Source: Candidatus Cloacimonadales bacterium (GTDB lineage Bacteria; Cloacimonadota; Cloacimonadia; Cloacimonadales; JAIOQZ01). Taken from it: a stretch of DNA of 64,000 nucleotides. Position numbers and translations under genes: made by a program. Positions within the stretch are counted from its first letter, which is position 1, and each line of letters opens with the position of its first letter. The stretch spans positions 1 through 64,000 of the forward strand of contig OY762463.1 in NCBI GenBank assembly GCA_963665815.1. Reading direction: 5' to 3'. This document shows, piece by piece, positions 17,689-28,350 of this stretch. Below the pieces are notes generated by a model that saw only the letters and a list, made by a program, of their open reading frames with translations, had not been told where the DNA came from and did no database searches.

Positions 17689-20439
17689 GTGGTGAACAGC
17701 AAAATTACATTTCATGTATTGATATTTGTTTGTCTCATGTTTATATGTTATCCCGAGTCTCTATTCTCGGTGTGCCCCGATGAGGTAGATTACATAGAAA
17801 AAGTTGAGAACAGTTTACCGTTGACAAAAGGTGAATTATTTAGAATAAGACAAATGAGAGACTATCATTCTAATAAGAAAATTGAACCCTATTTGTTCAA
17901 AAGGTTAACAAATCAGGCACGTCTAACATCTGAAGAAAAGGCGCACTTAAAATGGATAAAAAGCCTAATCCGCAATACAGATGATTCAATTTATTTTGTG
18001 GATTCAAAGTTTCTTAATGATAAGGGGAATAAAGAGTTATATACAACTATGCGAACATCTTGTAATAGGGTTAGGTGTAGAGTTGTTTTGAGGAATGATG
18101 AGTGTTACCTGTTTAAACTTGAAAATACACAAACGAAGAATCACTCTGTTTTAGAATTAGTGGAATATGATAATTGTGAATGGCTTTTAGAGAAATGTGA
18201 ATATTTAGAAACACAGTTAGATCCAGATAGGAAATATATTGTTTACAATCTTTATCCATTGGCAAAACTCAATAAGGTAAACAGTGTTGAGGAATACAGG
18301 AAGCGCATCGAAGCATTTTCAGGAGACTCGTATAAATCGAATGCTAAAAGCGTAAGAGTAAGAGATTATAAGCTCAACGTTACTAATATCGGAAATTACA
18401 TGATAGCTAGAATGAATGGAAAAGATCTAAGATTTAATATGGTTACCGGAGAAGTTGATTCAAACTTTGATTTCATACAAAGCTTATACGAAAAAGAAAA
18501 GTTTCAGGATGTTCTAAACGAGATAAGATTCCAAAACTTTGTTACAAGTTCAATCATCTACTCAAAGAGTATTATAAATAGTCATCAAGATACTCTAAAA
18601 AGTTTGTTCCTGAACTCTCATGCTGCAAAAGAAAGCTTGGGTCTTTCAGTTGGTCTGAAAAGAAGACTTGAGGATATTTTAGAGCACCTTCAAAATGAAA
18701 TTATCAGAACTTACAAAAAGCATCTAAATATCACTGGAGAAAATTATCTTTTTTGTGTAAAGAGAGTTGAAAGCTATGATGATTTCTGGATAGTATTTGA
18801 ACTTCCGGCTCAGGATCGTAATCATTATATTATATGTCGAAACAAGGATATTGTTGCGCGAGTAAAAGCATACTCTCATGAACAGTACAAAAGCAGATTC
18901 TTTGATGTAGTTAAGTTCGGAGAAAAATCATTATTGCCATATTCTATTGAGACAGTACATGATGATAAAATTACTTCTCGATTTTGCCTTTTAAATCTAG
19001 ATGAGAAAGAAAATAAGAAGAACCTGATTTCAGAATATGAATTCGATGGACATGTAATTGATGTTCATGATAATAAAATTACCTTGAAAACTGATGAAAG
19101 TGAAGCTTATAAGAATTACTATTTCGTGGAAAACATATTAAAGTCAGAGAAAATGATGAAGGCTGATTCACTGTTCTTCTCAGGTAAATATAATGAAGCA
19201 TATCAAATTTATTCGGAAATATCAAGAAAAAATCAATTCGTTTTTCAATTGCGTAATAAGATAATTGGATGTGAGTTTAATCTTAAAAAATGGAACAAAC
19301 TTGTAGGAAACCTGATTGATACAAGATATTATGGATTAAAGGATTCTCTGGATAATAACAGATATATAATTGCATCAGCTCTACGGAAAGTTAAATTACT
19401 TCAACCGTATATACTGGAAGAATATACAATGAAGGAAAACAGGGAAGAGGGTATAGTAACAGATGATGACTTAAGCCAATATGGTAATCAATTTCCGGAT
19501 TTCATACCTGAAGAATCACAAATTGATTACCGTGGTCCCAGTATATTAACAACCCATAGATACAGAGATTACTTCTACAAATTTTTTACTTTTGAAGGTA
19601 AAATCTTTTTATATGATGCAAACACTGAGAACATGATATTTGAAAGACAAATAGACAAGTCAGTTAATTACGTATACGCAAAAGGGAATAAGTTCATCAT
19701 AAGCTGTTATGATAGTTTGTATACATTCAGGGATAACAATTATGGTTATGCTTATAATATGTCATGCAGTATTTACAGAATGAATCTGGATGATGATTAC
19801 AGCATTGATACATTGATAACAGGGATTGATGGTTTTTATGAAAGCTATAATTATGGTATTCATTTAGCTGGAATGAAATTAGTTGACATTGATGAAGATG
19901 GCGATTCGGACTTACTTATATCAAGATGTGAATGGGGGGAAGGTGGAAACTCAACTTTTACAGATGAAGTATATATCGATATGAGTGGAACCTGGGTTAA
20001 AGGGAGAATACCAGATCCAAATCGAAATTACTATAGTTCTAATCAATTAGATGTAAACATGAATGGTATTGATGAATACTTCGGATCTGAATTACTTGGT
20101 TGGGAATGTTGTGATCCCATATTTATAGTCAGGGTGAAGGAACAAAAAGAGAACAAGGTTGATACCCTCTATGCACTACTGGGAGATCTTCATTTTCATT
20201 CCATTAAAGATTATGATGGAGATGGAATAAGAGATGTCTTGTTGCAGAGGAGTTTTAAAGATCATGGATTATCGGAATACTACTATATTTTGAGAAACTC
20301 TGATGAAGACCCTGAAAAGTATACAGAGCGCATGATAAAATATTATTTCAGACAAACAATGACAAAAGAGTATTTTGATACTGAATTAAGAGAATATTTT
20401 GAGAGAGGCGTGGATCTAGATCGCTTGAATGAAATATAA
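17689..20439 (+). CDS. Large exported hypothetical protein with TPR-like segment and FG-GAP-like Ca-binding motifs
   Basis: 916-aa ORF, signal-like N-terminus, ADSLFFSGKYNEAY, DIDEDGDSD, DYDGDGIRD. Confidence 0.6.
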   Translation: MVNSKITFHVLIFVCLMFICYPESLFSVCPDEVDYIEKVENSLPLTKGELFRIRQMRDYHSNKKIEPYLFKRLTNQARLTSEEKAHLKWIKSLIRNTDDSIYFVDSKFLNDKGNKELYTTMRTSCNRVRCRVVLRNDECYLFKLENTQTKNHSVLELVEYDNCEWLLEKCEYLETQLDPDRKYIVYNLYPLAKLNKVNSVEEYRKRIEAFSGDSYKSNAKSVRVRDYKLNVTNIGNYMIARMNGKDLRFNMVTGEVDSNFDFIQSLYEKEKFQDVLNEIRFQNFVTSSIIYSKSIINSHQDTLKSLFLNSHAAKESLGLSVGLKRRLEDILEHLQNEIIRTYKKHLNITGENYLFCVKRVESYDDFWIVFELPAQDRNHYIICRNKDIVARVKAYSHEQYKSRFFDVVKFGEKSLLPYSIETVHDDKITSRFCLLNLDEKENKKNLISEYEFDGHVIDVHDNKITLKTDESEAYKNYYFVENILKSEKMMKADSLFFSGKYNEAYQIYSEISRKNQFVFQLRNKIIGCEFNLKKWNKLVGNLIDTRYYGLKDSLDNNRYIIASALRKVKLLQPYILEEYTMKENREEGIVTDDDLSQYGNQFPDFIPEESQIDYRGPSILTTHRYRDYFYKFFTFEGKIFLYDANTENMIFERQIDKSVNYVYAKGNKFIISCYDSLYTFRDNNYGYAYNMSCSIYRMNLDDDYSIDTLITGIDGFYESYNYGIHLAGMKLVDIDEDGDSDLLISRCEWGEGGNSTFTDEVYIDMSGTWVKGRIPDPNRNYYSSNQLDVNMNGIDEYFGSELLGWECCDPIFIVRVKEQKENKVDTLYALLGDLHFHSIKDYDGDGIRDVLLQRSFKDHGLSEYYYILRNSDEDPEKYTERMIKYYFRQTMTKEYFDTELREYFERGVDLDRLNEI

Positions 20440-20680
20440 TACAAGAATCAGCTACGACAAATTCTCCCAAACCTGAGTATAGTCACATTTATACACAATC
20501 TATCAGCATAGTCCTATATAGTTCAACAGGCAGCCAGTTCAACAGGAAAAATGAATATAGATTCAACACCTTTCCTTCTAATATCCATTGACAAAAAATC
20601 CTCAGAAAATAATTTATATAATGAGAAAAAATAATTATTTAACAAAATGTATCGCCGTAAGATACTAAAGAGAGGATACT

Positions 20681-22270
20681 TTGAAAAAGACTGCACTACT
20701 TTTATTGCTGGTAAGTCTGGCATTTTTTATTTCTGCCGATTTCAGCATTTCATCTTATGATCTGGATTTCGGCTCATGCAGTAAGAACCAGAATGTTAAC
20801 AGAACTATTACTATTACAAACACATCCGCAACATCATCTCAGTTTAACCTTTTCATTGAAGGTGCTAACTTCAGTATAGATTCTCAGTCTGTTAGTATTG
20901 ATGCCGGCGGATATCATGATTTTACTATCTCTTTCTCAGGAGTTCAGAATATTACTTATAACGGGTTTATAGCTGTACGTAAAGAAAACGAACTGCGAAC
21001 AAAAATCATCGAACTGACAGCTGAAGTTCATTATACAGGCTACAGCACTACTTTCGATTTATGGGATGATGCACTTGAAAGTGCTCTCAGTACAATTGTT
21101 AACGGATATAATACTATCGGATACATTCCTGCCAAAGAAGAGATGTTCGGATATATAGATAATGAAAACGGACAGGTTATGGGCGTTTATACAGGTCAAT
21201 ACTATAGTATACCTGTTGGTGGAATGCCGAATCAGAATACATTCAATTGCGAGCATACATGGCCGCAGAGCAAATTTGACGGTAGTACTCCTAAGGAAGA
21301 TTTGCACCATTTATATCCAACTTATTCAACTGTAAACAGCCGTCGCGGTAATTATCCGTTCGGTGAAGTTGTTAACCAGACCTGGACACAGGGTGGATCA
21401 AAGATGGGTACAAATTCCGGTGGAACTACAGTTTTTGAACCTCGCGATCCTCACAAAGGTAATTGTGCGAGATCAATGTTCTATTTTACCGTGCAATACA
21501 ATAATCCATATGACTTCCTTGATTCACAGGAATCTATACTCAGACAGTGGAATGTTCAGGATCCCGTAGACACTGCAGAATTAACCAGAACAGGCGAAAT
21601 TGAAGATGTGCAGGGCAACAGAAATCCTTTCGTGGATAATCCCGAGTTTGTTGAAAGAATTCAAAGTTTTACATCAAATGCAACACATACATTCTCACCG
21701 GAAGTTTATTGTCCGGTTACACAGTATCCGCTTTCTACAAACGAAACAAGGATTGCAATAGCGAATTCAGGAATGGCAACACTTAATATTACAGGAATCA
21801 ATTTACCGGATGATATTGATTATGATACTTATGATAATACTCTCGAACCGGGTGAATCAACTACAATTCCTGTATATGCTTTAACAACTGTAACAACAGA
21901 GCAAACTATGACGATACACACAAATGCAGGTGATGCAACAATTCAGCTTGTACCAATGTCAGTTGATGTGAAAGATGAGACTAAGGAAGTTGTGTCAGGC
22001 ATTTCCTGCATGGTATATCCTCAACCTTTCTCAATTGCTTCAGGAAACAATATAAAATTTTCAATTAAATCCGGATCAGATGCTCCGGTAAATCTTGAGA
22101 TATTCAACATAAAAGGTCAGAAGCTCTATAATGAGACATATTCCAGACCGGGTAATGTTGTCTGGAACGGTAAAACAGTCTATGGTAAAAATGTTTCAAC
22201 AGGTGTATACTTTGTAAGAATGAAACAGAATGATACCGAGACAGTTAAGAAACTTGTAATTTTACAATAG
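20681..22270 (+). CDS. Secreted endonuclease I-family nuclease with Ig-like and FlgD-like C-terminal domains
   Basis: NCEHTWPQS, DLHHLYPT, NSRRGNYPFG, KGNCARSMFY, QGNRNPFVD. Confidence 0.85.
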   Translation: MKKTALLLLLVSLAFFISADFSISSYDLDFGSCSKNQNVNRTITITNTSATSSQFNLFIEGANFSIDSQSVSIDAGGYHDFTISFSGVQNITYNGFIAVRKENELRTKIIELTAEVHYTGYSTTFDLWDDALESALSTIVNGYNTIGYIPAKEEMFGYIDNENGQVMGVYTGQYYSIPVGGMPNQNTFNCEHTWPQSKFDGSTPKEDLHHLYPTYSTVNSRRGNYPFGEVVNQTWTQGGSKMGTNSGGTTVFEPRDPHKGNCARSMFYFTVQYNNPYDFLDSQESILRQWNVQDPVDTAELTRTGEIEDVQGNRNPFVDNPEFVERIQSFTSNATHTFSPEVYCPVTQYPLSTNETRIAIANSGMATLNITGINLPDDIDYDTYDNTLEPGESTTIPVYALTTVTTEQTMTIHTNAGDATIQLVPMSVDVKDETKEVVSGISCMVYPQPFSIASGNNIKFSIKSGSDAPVNLEIFNIKGQKLYNETYSRPGNVVWNGKTVYGKNVSTGVYFVRMKQNDTETVKKLVILQ

Positions 22271-22342
22271 TCACAGGAAAAGTTAACTTGACAGTGGATA
22301 ATGTCGAAGACAATAAATGAATAGAATAAATATGGAGGAGTT

Positions 22343-23245
22343 ATGCAAGTAACTAAATTGCAACACTTATTAGACTTAGCAAAACAAAAGGAAAAGAAAC
22401 GCGTTTCAGTGGCCTATGCTCAGGATCATAACACTATTGCAGCAATTAAGAATGCAGTAGAACTTGGAATAGTCGATGCTACTCTGGTTGGAGACCAGGA
22501 AGTTATCACATCAGTTTGTAAGGAACTTGAGTGTGATCCGGCTATGTTCGAGATTGTTCATGAACCTGATGAAATGAAAGCCGGTACAACAGCTGTAGAT
22601 CTTGTTAACGCAGGCAAAGCTGATTTAATCATGAAAGGACTTATCAGTACAGATAAATACATGAGAGCACTTCTTAACAAGGAAAAGGGTCTTATGAACA
22701 AAGGCGCTATTCTCAGCCACATTACAGTTGTAGAAGTTCCTTCATACCACAAATTGTTACTGGCAAGCGATGTTGCAATTATTCCACAACCGGATATCAA
22801 ACAAAAAATAGCTATTACAAACTATCTGATTAATGCAGCTCACAGACTTGGTATAGAATGCCCTAAAGTTGCAGTAATTACAGCCACAGAAAAAGCTAAT
22901 CCTAAGATGGAAGCTTGTATAGACGCTTCTATACTCTCAAAAATGAGTGATAGAGGACAGATAAAAGGTGCTAAAGTAGACGGACCTCTGGCTCTTGACC
23001 TGGCAGTAGATATGGAATCCGTAAAAATCAAGAAAGTTAAAAGCGAAGTTGCTGGTGATGCAGATTGTCTTGTATTCCCTTCACTTGAAGCCGGAAACGT
23101 ATTCTATAAATCAATGACAAAACTTTTAAAAGCAGAATTGGCAGCAGTAGTTGTCGGAACAAGAAAACCTGCTATTCTCTCATCTCGCGGTGACAGCGAA
23201 GAAACAAAATTATATTCAATTGCACTTGGTGCATTATTATCATAA
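22343..23245 (+). CDS. ptb: Phosphate butyryltransferase/acyltransferase
   Basis: ADLIMKG, LSH, DGPLALDLA, EAGNVFYK, SRGDS. Confidence 0.88.
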   Translation: MQVTKLQHLLDLAKQKEKKRVSVAYAQDHNTIAAIKNAVELGIVDATLVGDQEVITSVCKELECDPAMFEIVHEPDEMKAGTTAVDLVNAGKADLIMKGLISTDKYMRALLNKEKGLMNKGAILSHITVVEVPSYHKLLLASDVAIIPQPDIKQKIAITNYLINAAHRLGIECPKVAVITATEKANPKMEACIDASILSKMSDRGQIKGAKVDGPLALDLAVDMESVKIKKVKSEVAGDADCLVFPSLEAGNVFYKSMTKLLKAELAAVVVGTRKPAILSSRGDSEETKLYSIALGALLS

Positions 23246-23261
23246 TAAAAAGGAGAAATTT

Positions 23262-23597
23262 ATGAGACCAGTTGATGGATTCATTGCTATGTGTTATATT
23301 CTTTCCGATTCAGATCATGTTGTTGATATGGCTGAACTTGTGGAGTTAAAAGAAGTACTTGTTGATAAAGGTTTCGATCTTCATGATATTAACAGAATTG
23401 AAACTCAGATTATGAATTTGAGTAACGATGACAAACTTGAATATGGTATTAAAACTATGTCTGCAGTTTCCAAACTTCCCGCTGAACAATTGGAATTACT
23501 GGTCGAATGCATGACCAAAATTTCCACTGCAGACGGTAGAGCTGATACTCATGAGCTTGAGTTGATTCAGCTTGTAAAAGGTGTTTGCGCCAGATAA
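23262..23597 (+). CDS. TerB-like small helical protein
   Basis: AAGGAG RBS; SDHVVDMAE and ADGRADTHE repeats typical of TerB. Confidence 0.6.
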   Translation: MRPVDGFIAMCYILSDSDHVVDMAELVELKEVLVDKGFDLHDINRIETQIMNLSNDDKLEYGIKTMSAVSKLPAEQLELLVECMTKISTADGRADTHELELIQLVKGVCAR

Positions 23598-23609
23598 ACG
23601 GAAGAGTCT

Positions 23610-24506
23610 ATGAAAACAGTAAAAACTCTTGCTGATCTGAAAGGAAAAACCAAAAAGAAGCTTGCTGTAGCTTACGCGCAAGATCCGAATACTATTGAGG
23701 CTATTGCCAGAGCAGTTAAAGAGAACATTGTTGATGCTTATATGGTAGGAGACAAGTCTGAGATAGAGAAAGTAGCAGCAGATAATAATATCGATCCCGC
23801 TATCTTCAGCATTGTAGATGTTCAAGGTGATATTGCTTCAACAAAAGAAGCTGTACGCATGGTTAAATCCGGCGAAGCAGATATTCTGATGAAAGGACTT
23901 GTAGCTACAGATAAGTACCTTAAAGCAGTTCTAGATAAACAGGATGGACTTCTTCCTCCTAAAAAGGTTCTTAGCCATATCTGTGCTGTGGAACTTCCGA
24001 AATACGATAAGCTTCTTCTTATTACAGATGTTGCAGTTATTCCTTTTCCTACTCTTCAGCAGAAAGTTGATATGATTCACTATGCAGTTAAAGCTGCAAG
24101 GAAACTTGGAATCGAAGTTCCCCGAATAGCTCTTCTTTCTGCGACTGAGAAAGTAAATCCAAAGTTCGAAAGCACAACTGATGCAGCCGTTCTTTGCAAA
24201 ATGGCAGATCGCGGAGTTTTCGGAGATGTTATAATTGACGGACCTCTTGATGTCTTTCTTGCCTGTGATAAACCAAGTGTAGCAATTAAAGGTGTTCCTA
24301 CTCCTGTGGATGGTGATGCTGATGTTCTTGTGTTCCCGAACATTGAAGCGGGAAACATTTTCTATAAAGGTCTCATGCGTTTTGCGGGGGGAGAGCTTGC
24401 AGGGCTTCTGCAGGGAACTGAAAAACCGGTAATCGTTACATCCAGATCCGAAAGTACTGATTCGAAGTATTATTCGATTGGATTTGCAGCTCAGATGTCT
24501 GAATAG
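23610..24506 (+). CDS. ptb: Phosphate butyryltransferase/acyltransferase (second paralogue)
   Basis: ADILMKG, LSH, DGPLD, IEAGNIFYK, TSRSES. Confidence 0.88.
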   Translation: MKTVKTLADLKGKTKKKLAVAYAQDPNTIEAIARAVKENIVDAYMVGDKSEIEKVAADNNIDPAIFSIVDVQGDIASTKEAVRMVKSGEADILMKGLVATDKYLKAVLDKQDGLLPPKKVLSHICAVELPKYDKLLLITDVAVIPFPTLQQKVDMIHYAVKAARKLGIEVPRIALLSATEKVNPKFESTTDAAVLCKMADRGVFGDVIIDGPLDVFLACDKPSVAIKGVPTPVDGDADVLVFPNIEAGNIFYKGLMRFAGGELAGLLQGTEKPVIVTSRSESTDSKYYSIGFAAQMSE

Positions 24507-24515
24507 GGAGATGAT

Positions 24516-24962
24516 ATGAAAATAGCAATAGCAAGTGATCATGCAGGTTTCCCAATGAAAGAACACATCAAGGAATATCTCAGCTCAAAGTATGTTGTAA
24601 TAGATTTTGGGACATATAGTACTGATTCTGTTGATTATCCTGATTTTGGTGCAAAAGCAGCTGAAGCTGTCGCATCCGGAGAGTGCGAAAGAGGTATTCT
24701 GGTATGCGGTTCCGGTATTGGAATGAGCATAATTGCCAACAAAGTTGATGGAGTCAGAGCAGCTCTCTGTTATCAGAAAGATCTGGCAATAATGTCTCGC
24801 AGACATAATAATTCCAATGTTTTAGTCCTTGCCGGCAGATACACTGCAAAGGAATATGCTGAAGAAATTATTGACAGCTGGATAGCTGAAGAATTTGAAG
24901 GCGACAGACATAATCGCAGAATAGAAAAGATTAAAAAGTATGAAGAACGAGGTATAAAATGA
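24516..24962 (+). CDS. rpiB: Ribose-5-phosphate isomerase B
   Basis: ASDHAG, DYPD, CGSGIG, RHNNSN, RHNRR. Confidence 0.96.
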   Translation: MKIAIASDHAGFPMKEHIKEYLSSKYVVIDFGTYSTDSVDYPDFGAKAAEAVASGECERGILVCGSGIGMSIIANKVDGVRAALCYQKDLAIMSRRHNNSNVLVLAGRYTAKEYAEEIIDSWIAEEFEGDRHNRRIEKIKKYEERGIK

Positions 24963-26266
24963 AAAGAATACAAATGCAGGATCCTGAAGTTTTCGGATTC
25001 ATGAAACAGGAACTGGAAAGACAGTCTGAAAATCTCGAGCTTATCGCATCTGAGAATTTTGTGTCCAGAGCAGTTATGGAAGCTCAGGGCTCTGTTTTAA
25101 CAAACAAATATGCTGAAGGTTATCCATACAGATGGAGCAAGAAAACAGGCAAAATCAATTATAAACTTTACGGACGCTATTATGGTGGATGTGAATATAT
25201 TGATAAAGTTGAAGAGCTTGCAATAGAGAGAGTTAAAAAACTTTTTGGTGCTGAGCATGCAAATGTACAACCTCATTCGGGTTCACAGGCAAATATGGCT
25301 GCATATTTTTCACTTGTAAAACCTGGTGCAAAAGTACTCAGTCTTGAACTTGCTCACGGTGGTCACCTCACTCACGGTCATCCACTGAGTTTTTCAGGAT
25401 CTCTTTACAATATTATTCATTACGGAGTTGATCAGAAAACGGAAGCTTTCGATTATGATAAAATTCGTGAACTTGCTTTAGAACATAAACCTGACATGAT
25501 TCTTACAGGTGCAAGTGCGTACCCAAGAGCTATTGATTTCAAGATATTCAGAGATATCTGTGATGAAGTTGGTGCTAAATTCATGGTTGACATGGCTCAT
25601 ATCGCCGGTTTAGTAGCTGCTGACCTTCACATGAATCCTGTTCCTTATGCAGATGTTGTAACAACAACGACTCATAAAACTCTCAGAGGTCCAAGAGCAG
25701 GACTCATCCTCTGTAAAGAAGAACATGCCAAAGAAATAGATAAGTGGACATTCCCGGGTATTCAGGGTGGACCGCTCATGCACGTTATTGCTGCAAAAGC
25801 AGTAGCATTCAAAGAAGCTCTTTCAGATGAATTCAAGACATACCAGCAGCAGGTTGTTAAAAATGCAGCAGCTCTTGCAAATGCTCTTATGGAAAGAGAC
25901 TTTAACCTTGTTTCCGGTGGAACAGACAATCACCTTATGCTGATCAATCTTGGAACAGAAGAACAAGGTGGACCTTCCGGTAAAAAAATGGAAGGATGTC
26001 TCGATAAAGCAGGAATCACAGCAAACAAAAATACAGTACCTTTCGATACAAGAACTCCATTTGTGGCTTCCGGTATCAGAATCGGAACTCCGGCAGTAAC
26101 AACGAGAGGCATGAAAGAAGATGCCATGGTACAAGTTGCTGAATTCATTAAACGTGTATACACTAACTATGGTGATGATGAAGCTCTTGCTGCTGTTAAA
26201 AACGAAGTAAGAGAATTCTGCTCGAAGTATCCTCTCTATGCGGATATCCTTGAAGAATTATCATAA
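24959..26266 (+). CDS. glyA: Serine hydroxymethyltransferase
   Basis: [35 protein letters not shown]. Confidence 0.98.
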   Translation: MKRIQMQDPEVFGFMKQELERQSENLELIASENFVSRAVMEAQGSVLTNKYAEGYPYRWSKKTGKINYKLYGRYYGGCEYIDKVEELAIERVKKLFGAEHANVQPHSGSQANMAAYFSLVKPGAKVLSLELAHGGHLTHGHPLSFSGSLYNIIHYGVDQKTEAFDYDKIRELALEHKPDMILTGASAYPRAIDFKIFRDICDEVGAKFMVDMAHIAGLVAADLHMNPVPYADVVTTTTHKTLRGPRAGLILCKEEHAKEIDKWTFPGIQGGPLMHVIAAKAVAFKEALSDEFKTYQQQVVKNAAALANALMERDFNLVSGGTDNHLMLINLGTEEQGGPSGKKMEGCLDKAGITANKNTVPFDTRTPFVASGIRIGTPAVTTRGMKEDAMVQVAEFIKRVYTNYGDDEALAAVKNEVREFCSKYPLYADILEELS

Positions 26267-26332
26267 TATATAGAATTTAATTGACATTTTAGCCGCACAG
26301 TTTTGTGTGGTTTCAACAGTTAAGAAATAGGC

Positions 26333-26370
26333 TACGCCACCCTGACTGAAGGGGTGGCGTATTTTTTTTT
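26333..26370 (+). terminator. Strong intrinsic terminator just upstream of the ABC binding-protein RBS
   Basis: TACGCCACCC..GGGTGGCGTA plus T9. Confidence 0.85.
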
Positions 26371-26384
26371 AAGGAGTCGTAAAA

Positions 26385-27284
26385 ATGAATATAATTCAGA
26401 AAGTGTTTGTCGTATTGTTGCTGTCAGTTTTTTTGGTGGCATGCGGAAAGGATGATAAGCCGATTATTGGTATTATTAATCCGTCGATGAATCACTTACC
26501 TGTTGATATTGCATTGAACCGGAATATGCTTGATGAATATAAAATTCACAGATTTAAGTCAGGCTGGGAGCTCAATGAAGCGTTAGTAAACGATAAAGTT
26601 GATATTGCAGTAATGCCTTTTACGTATGCTGTAAAGAATGCTATAAATGGAAAAGGAACAAAGATTGTCTCGCACTTTGAAAGAGAAAGTGACGGGATAG
26701 TCTGTCGAAAAGACATAAAAACTATTAGTGACTTAAACGGTAAGAAAATTGGAGTTCTGCGAGCTTCGACTCTTGATGTGTTCTGCTCCATGTATGCAAA
26801 TGATAACGATATTGAATATGAACCGATATATTTCAGAACTCCCATGGATATGGTTGCAGCACTGAAAAACGGCTCTGTTGATGCTTTAAGTTTTTACGTA
26901 CCTTCAATATTTAAGCTTGAAGACAAGTTCCATATTCTTGACTGGTATGGAAATTATTATCCGAAGCATCCATGCTGTAACATTATTGCTGGTAACAGAA
27001 TCCTTAAGGAGAATTCTGATTCAGTAAGAGAATTCCTTGAAGTGATTAATGAAGTTATTGATAACCGGGCTGTCTCAGTTGATTTATGGAATCAGACGGC
27101 TAAATCTGTTTATAAATTTGATACTGACTGTGATACTGTTTTCAATCACATATTCTATATTACCGGGCTGAAAGATTCAGACAAAGAATTTGAACTTAAA
27201 GCAGCTGCTGAAATGCTTAATATGGGATATATTCCCAGAAATATAAATCCAGACGATTTGTATGAAGATCTGGGTAATCTGTAA
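26385..27284 (+). CDS. ABC transporter substrate-binding lipoprotein (SsuA/NMT1-like)
   Basis: Lipobox LVAC; DLNGKKIGV; ALKNGSVDA; HPCC. Confidence 0.85.
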   Translation: MNIIQKVFVVLLLSVFLVACGKDDKPIIGIINPSMNHLPVDIALNRNMLDEYKIHRFKSGWELNEALVNDKVDIAVMPFTYAVKNAINGKGTKIVSHFERESDGIVCRKDIKTISDLNGKKIGVLRASTLDVFCSMYANDNDIEYEPIYFRTPMDMVAALKNGSVDALSFYVPSIFKLEDKFHILDWYGNYYPKHPCCNIIAGNRILKENSDSVREFLEVINEVIDNRAVSVDLWNQTAKSVYKFDTDCDTVFNHIFYITGLKDSDKEFELKAAAEMLNMGYIPRNINPDDLYEDLGNL

Positions 27285-27996
27285 ATTTCTCTCTCTCATA
27301 CTCATAGCAGGTCTTATTCTAGCTATGACTGTAGCTTGTGGTCTCGATTTCTCCTTCTACCATGGAATCAGATTGTCTTTCGCAGTCTTAGTTGAAGACC
27401 TGCTAACTTCTTTTTTACGAGTAACTATTGTATCTTTAATAGTGTCATTTCTCGCTGTGCTCATCGGTAAGATATATCAGTCAAACAGGATATTCTATCT
27501 TATTACTCATGAGACAATTCATTTTCTCAGACATATATCTCCGTTTGTCTGGATACCTTTTGCGATAATCTGGTTCGGACTCGGAGAAGCTCCGGTTGTA
27601 TTCGTGCTTTCCGTATCGTTATTTTTCCCGGCAGTCTTCATGATAAAAGAGATCTTCGCTAAAATACCTCAAGAGTATATAGATGAGGCTCAGGTCTGCG
27701 GTAGCTCCTTTTATCAACAGTTCATTTTAATTGAATTACCTGTATGTGCTGATGAGTTAGTTAATGTATTCCGGATCGTGTGGGGCATGGGGTGGACGAT
27801 TATCATAGCTGTGGAAATGCTTGGTGTGCAGTCAGGGTTAGGGTACAGACTGTTGGATTTTCGGTATCTGTTGAAGTATCCTGAAATGATAATCTATATA
27901 ATTGTCATGGGAGTGTTCGGGATAATTATCAATCAGCTGATTCTTTTTATAGTTCGAAAGTTGAAAGGAAGAATTTATAAAGATAACACAGGTTAA
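27262..27996 (+). CDS. ABC transporter permease (SsuC/TauC-like)
   Basis: ISPFVWIPFAIIWFGLGE, EAA-like loop, AVEMLGVQSGLG. Confidence 0.85.
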   Translation: MKIWVICKFLSLILIAGLILAMTVACGLDFSFYHGIRLSFAVLVEDLLTSFLRVTIVSLIVSFLAVLIGKIYQSNRIFYLITHETIHFLRHISPFVWIPFAIIWFGLGEAPVVFVLSVSLFFPAVFMIKEIFAKIPQEYIDEAQVCGSSFYQQFILIELPVCADELVNVFRIVWGMGWTIIIAVEMLGVQSGLGYRLLDFRYLLKYPEMIIYIIVMGVFGIIINQLILFIVRKLKGRIYKDNTG

Positions 27997-28350
27997 ACTA
28001 ACAGAGATCTTTACAGAATATTAAAATCACTGAGTCTTGGCGAAAAACTTTGATTAGATTTTCGAATTAAGCCAGTAAGTTTCATAAAGAAGCTAATTTT
28101 GGCTCAGCAAATTAATTAGGAAATCGAGCAACTATTCCAATTATTCAAGGGAAACAATCATTTTAGGTGAAGTTACTATCAAAAATGATAGTAGAATCCA
28201 AAATTTTACAAACAACTATATTTTTTAAAAACTGCTTTAATTGCATAAAAACTTGTTTTGTATATAGTTATAAGATAACAATCTATTCTGATTCTGTTTG
28301 GCACAGCTCTTGTTTTATATATGGGAAAAAAAGAAAACAGGAGTTTCAAA

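Noticed and set aside
20520-20546. 11-bp direct repeat AGTTCAACAGG x2 as operator or target-site duplication
   Set aside because: Only two copies 5 nt apart with no supporting context; could be chance
27997-28350. Remnant of the missing ABC ATPase
   Set aside because: No Walker A/B or LSGG signature recognised in this spacer
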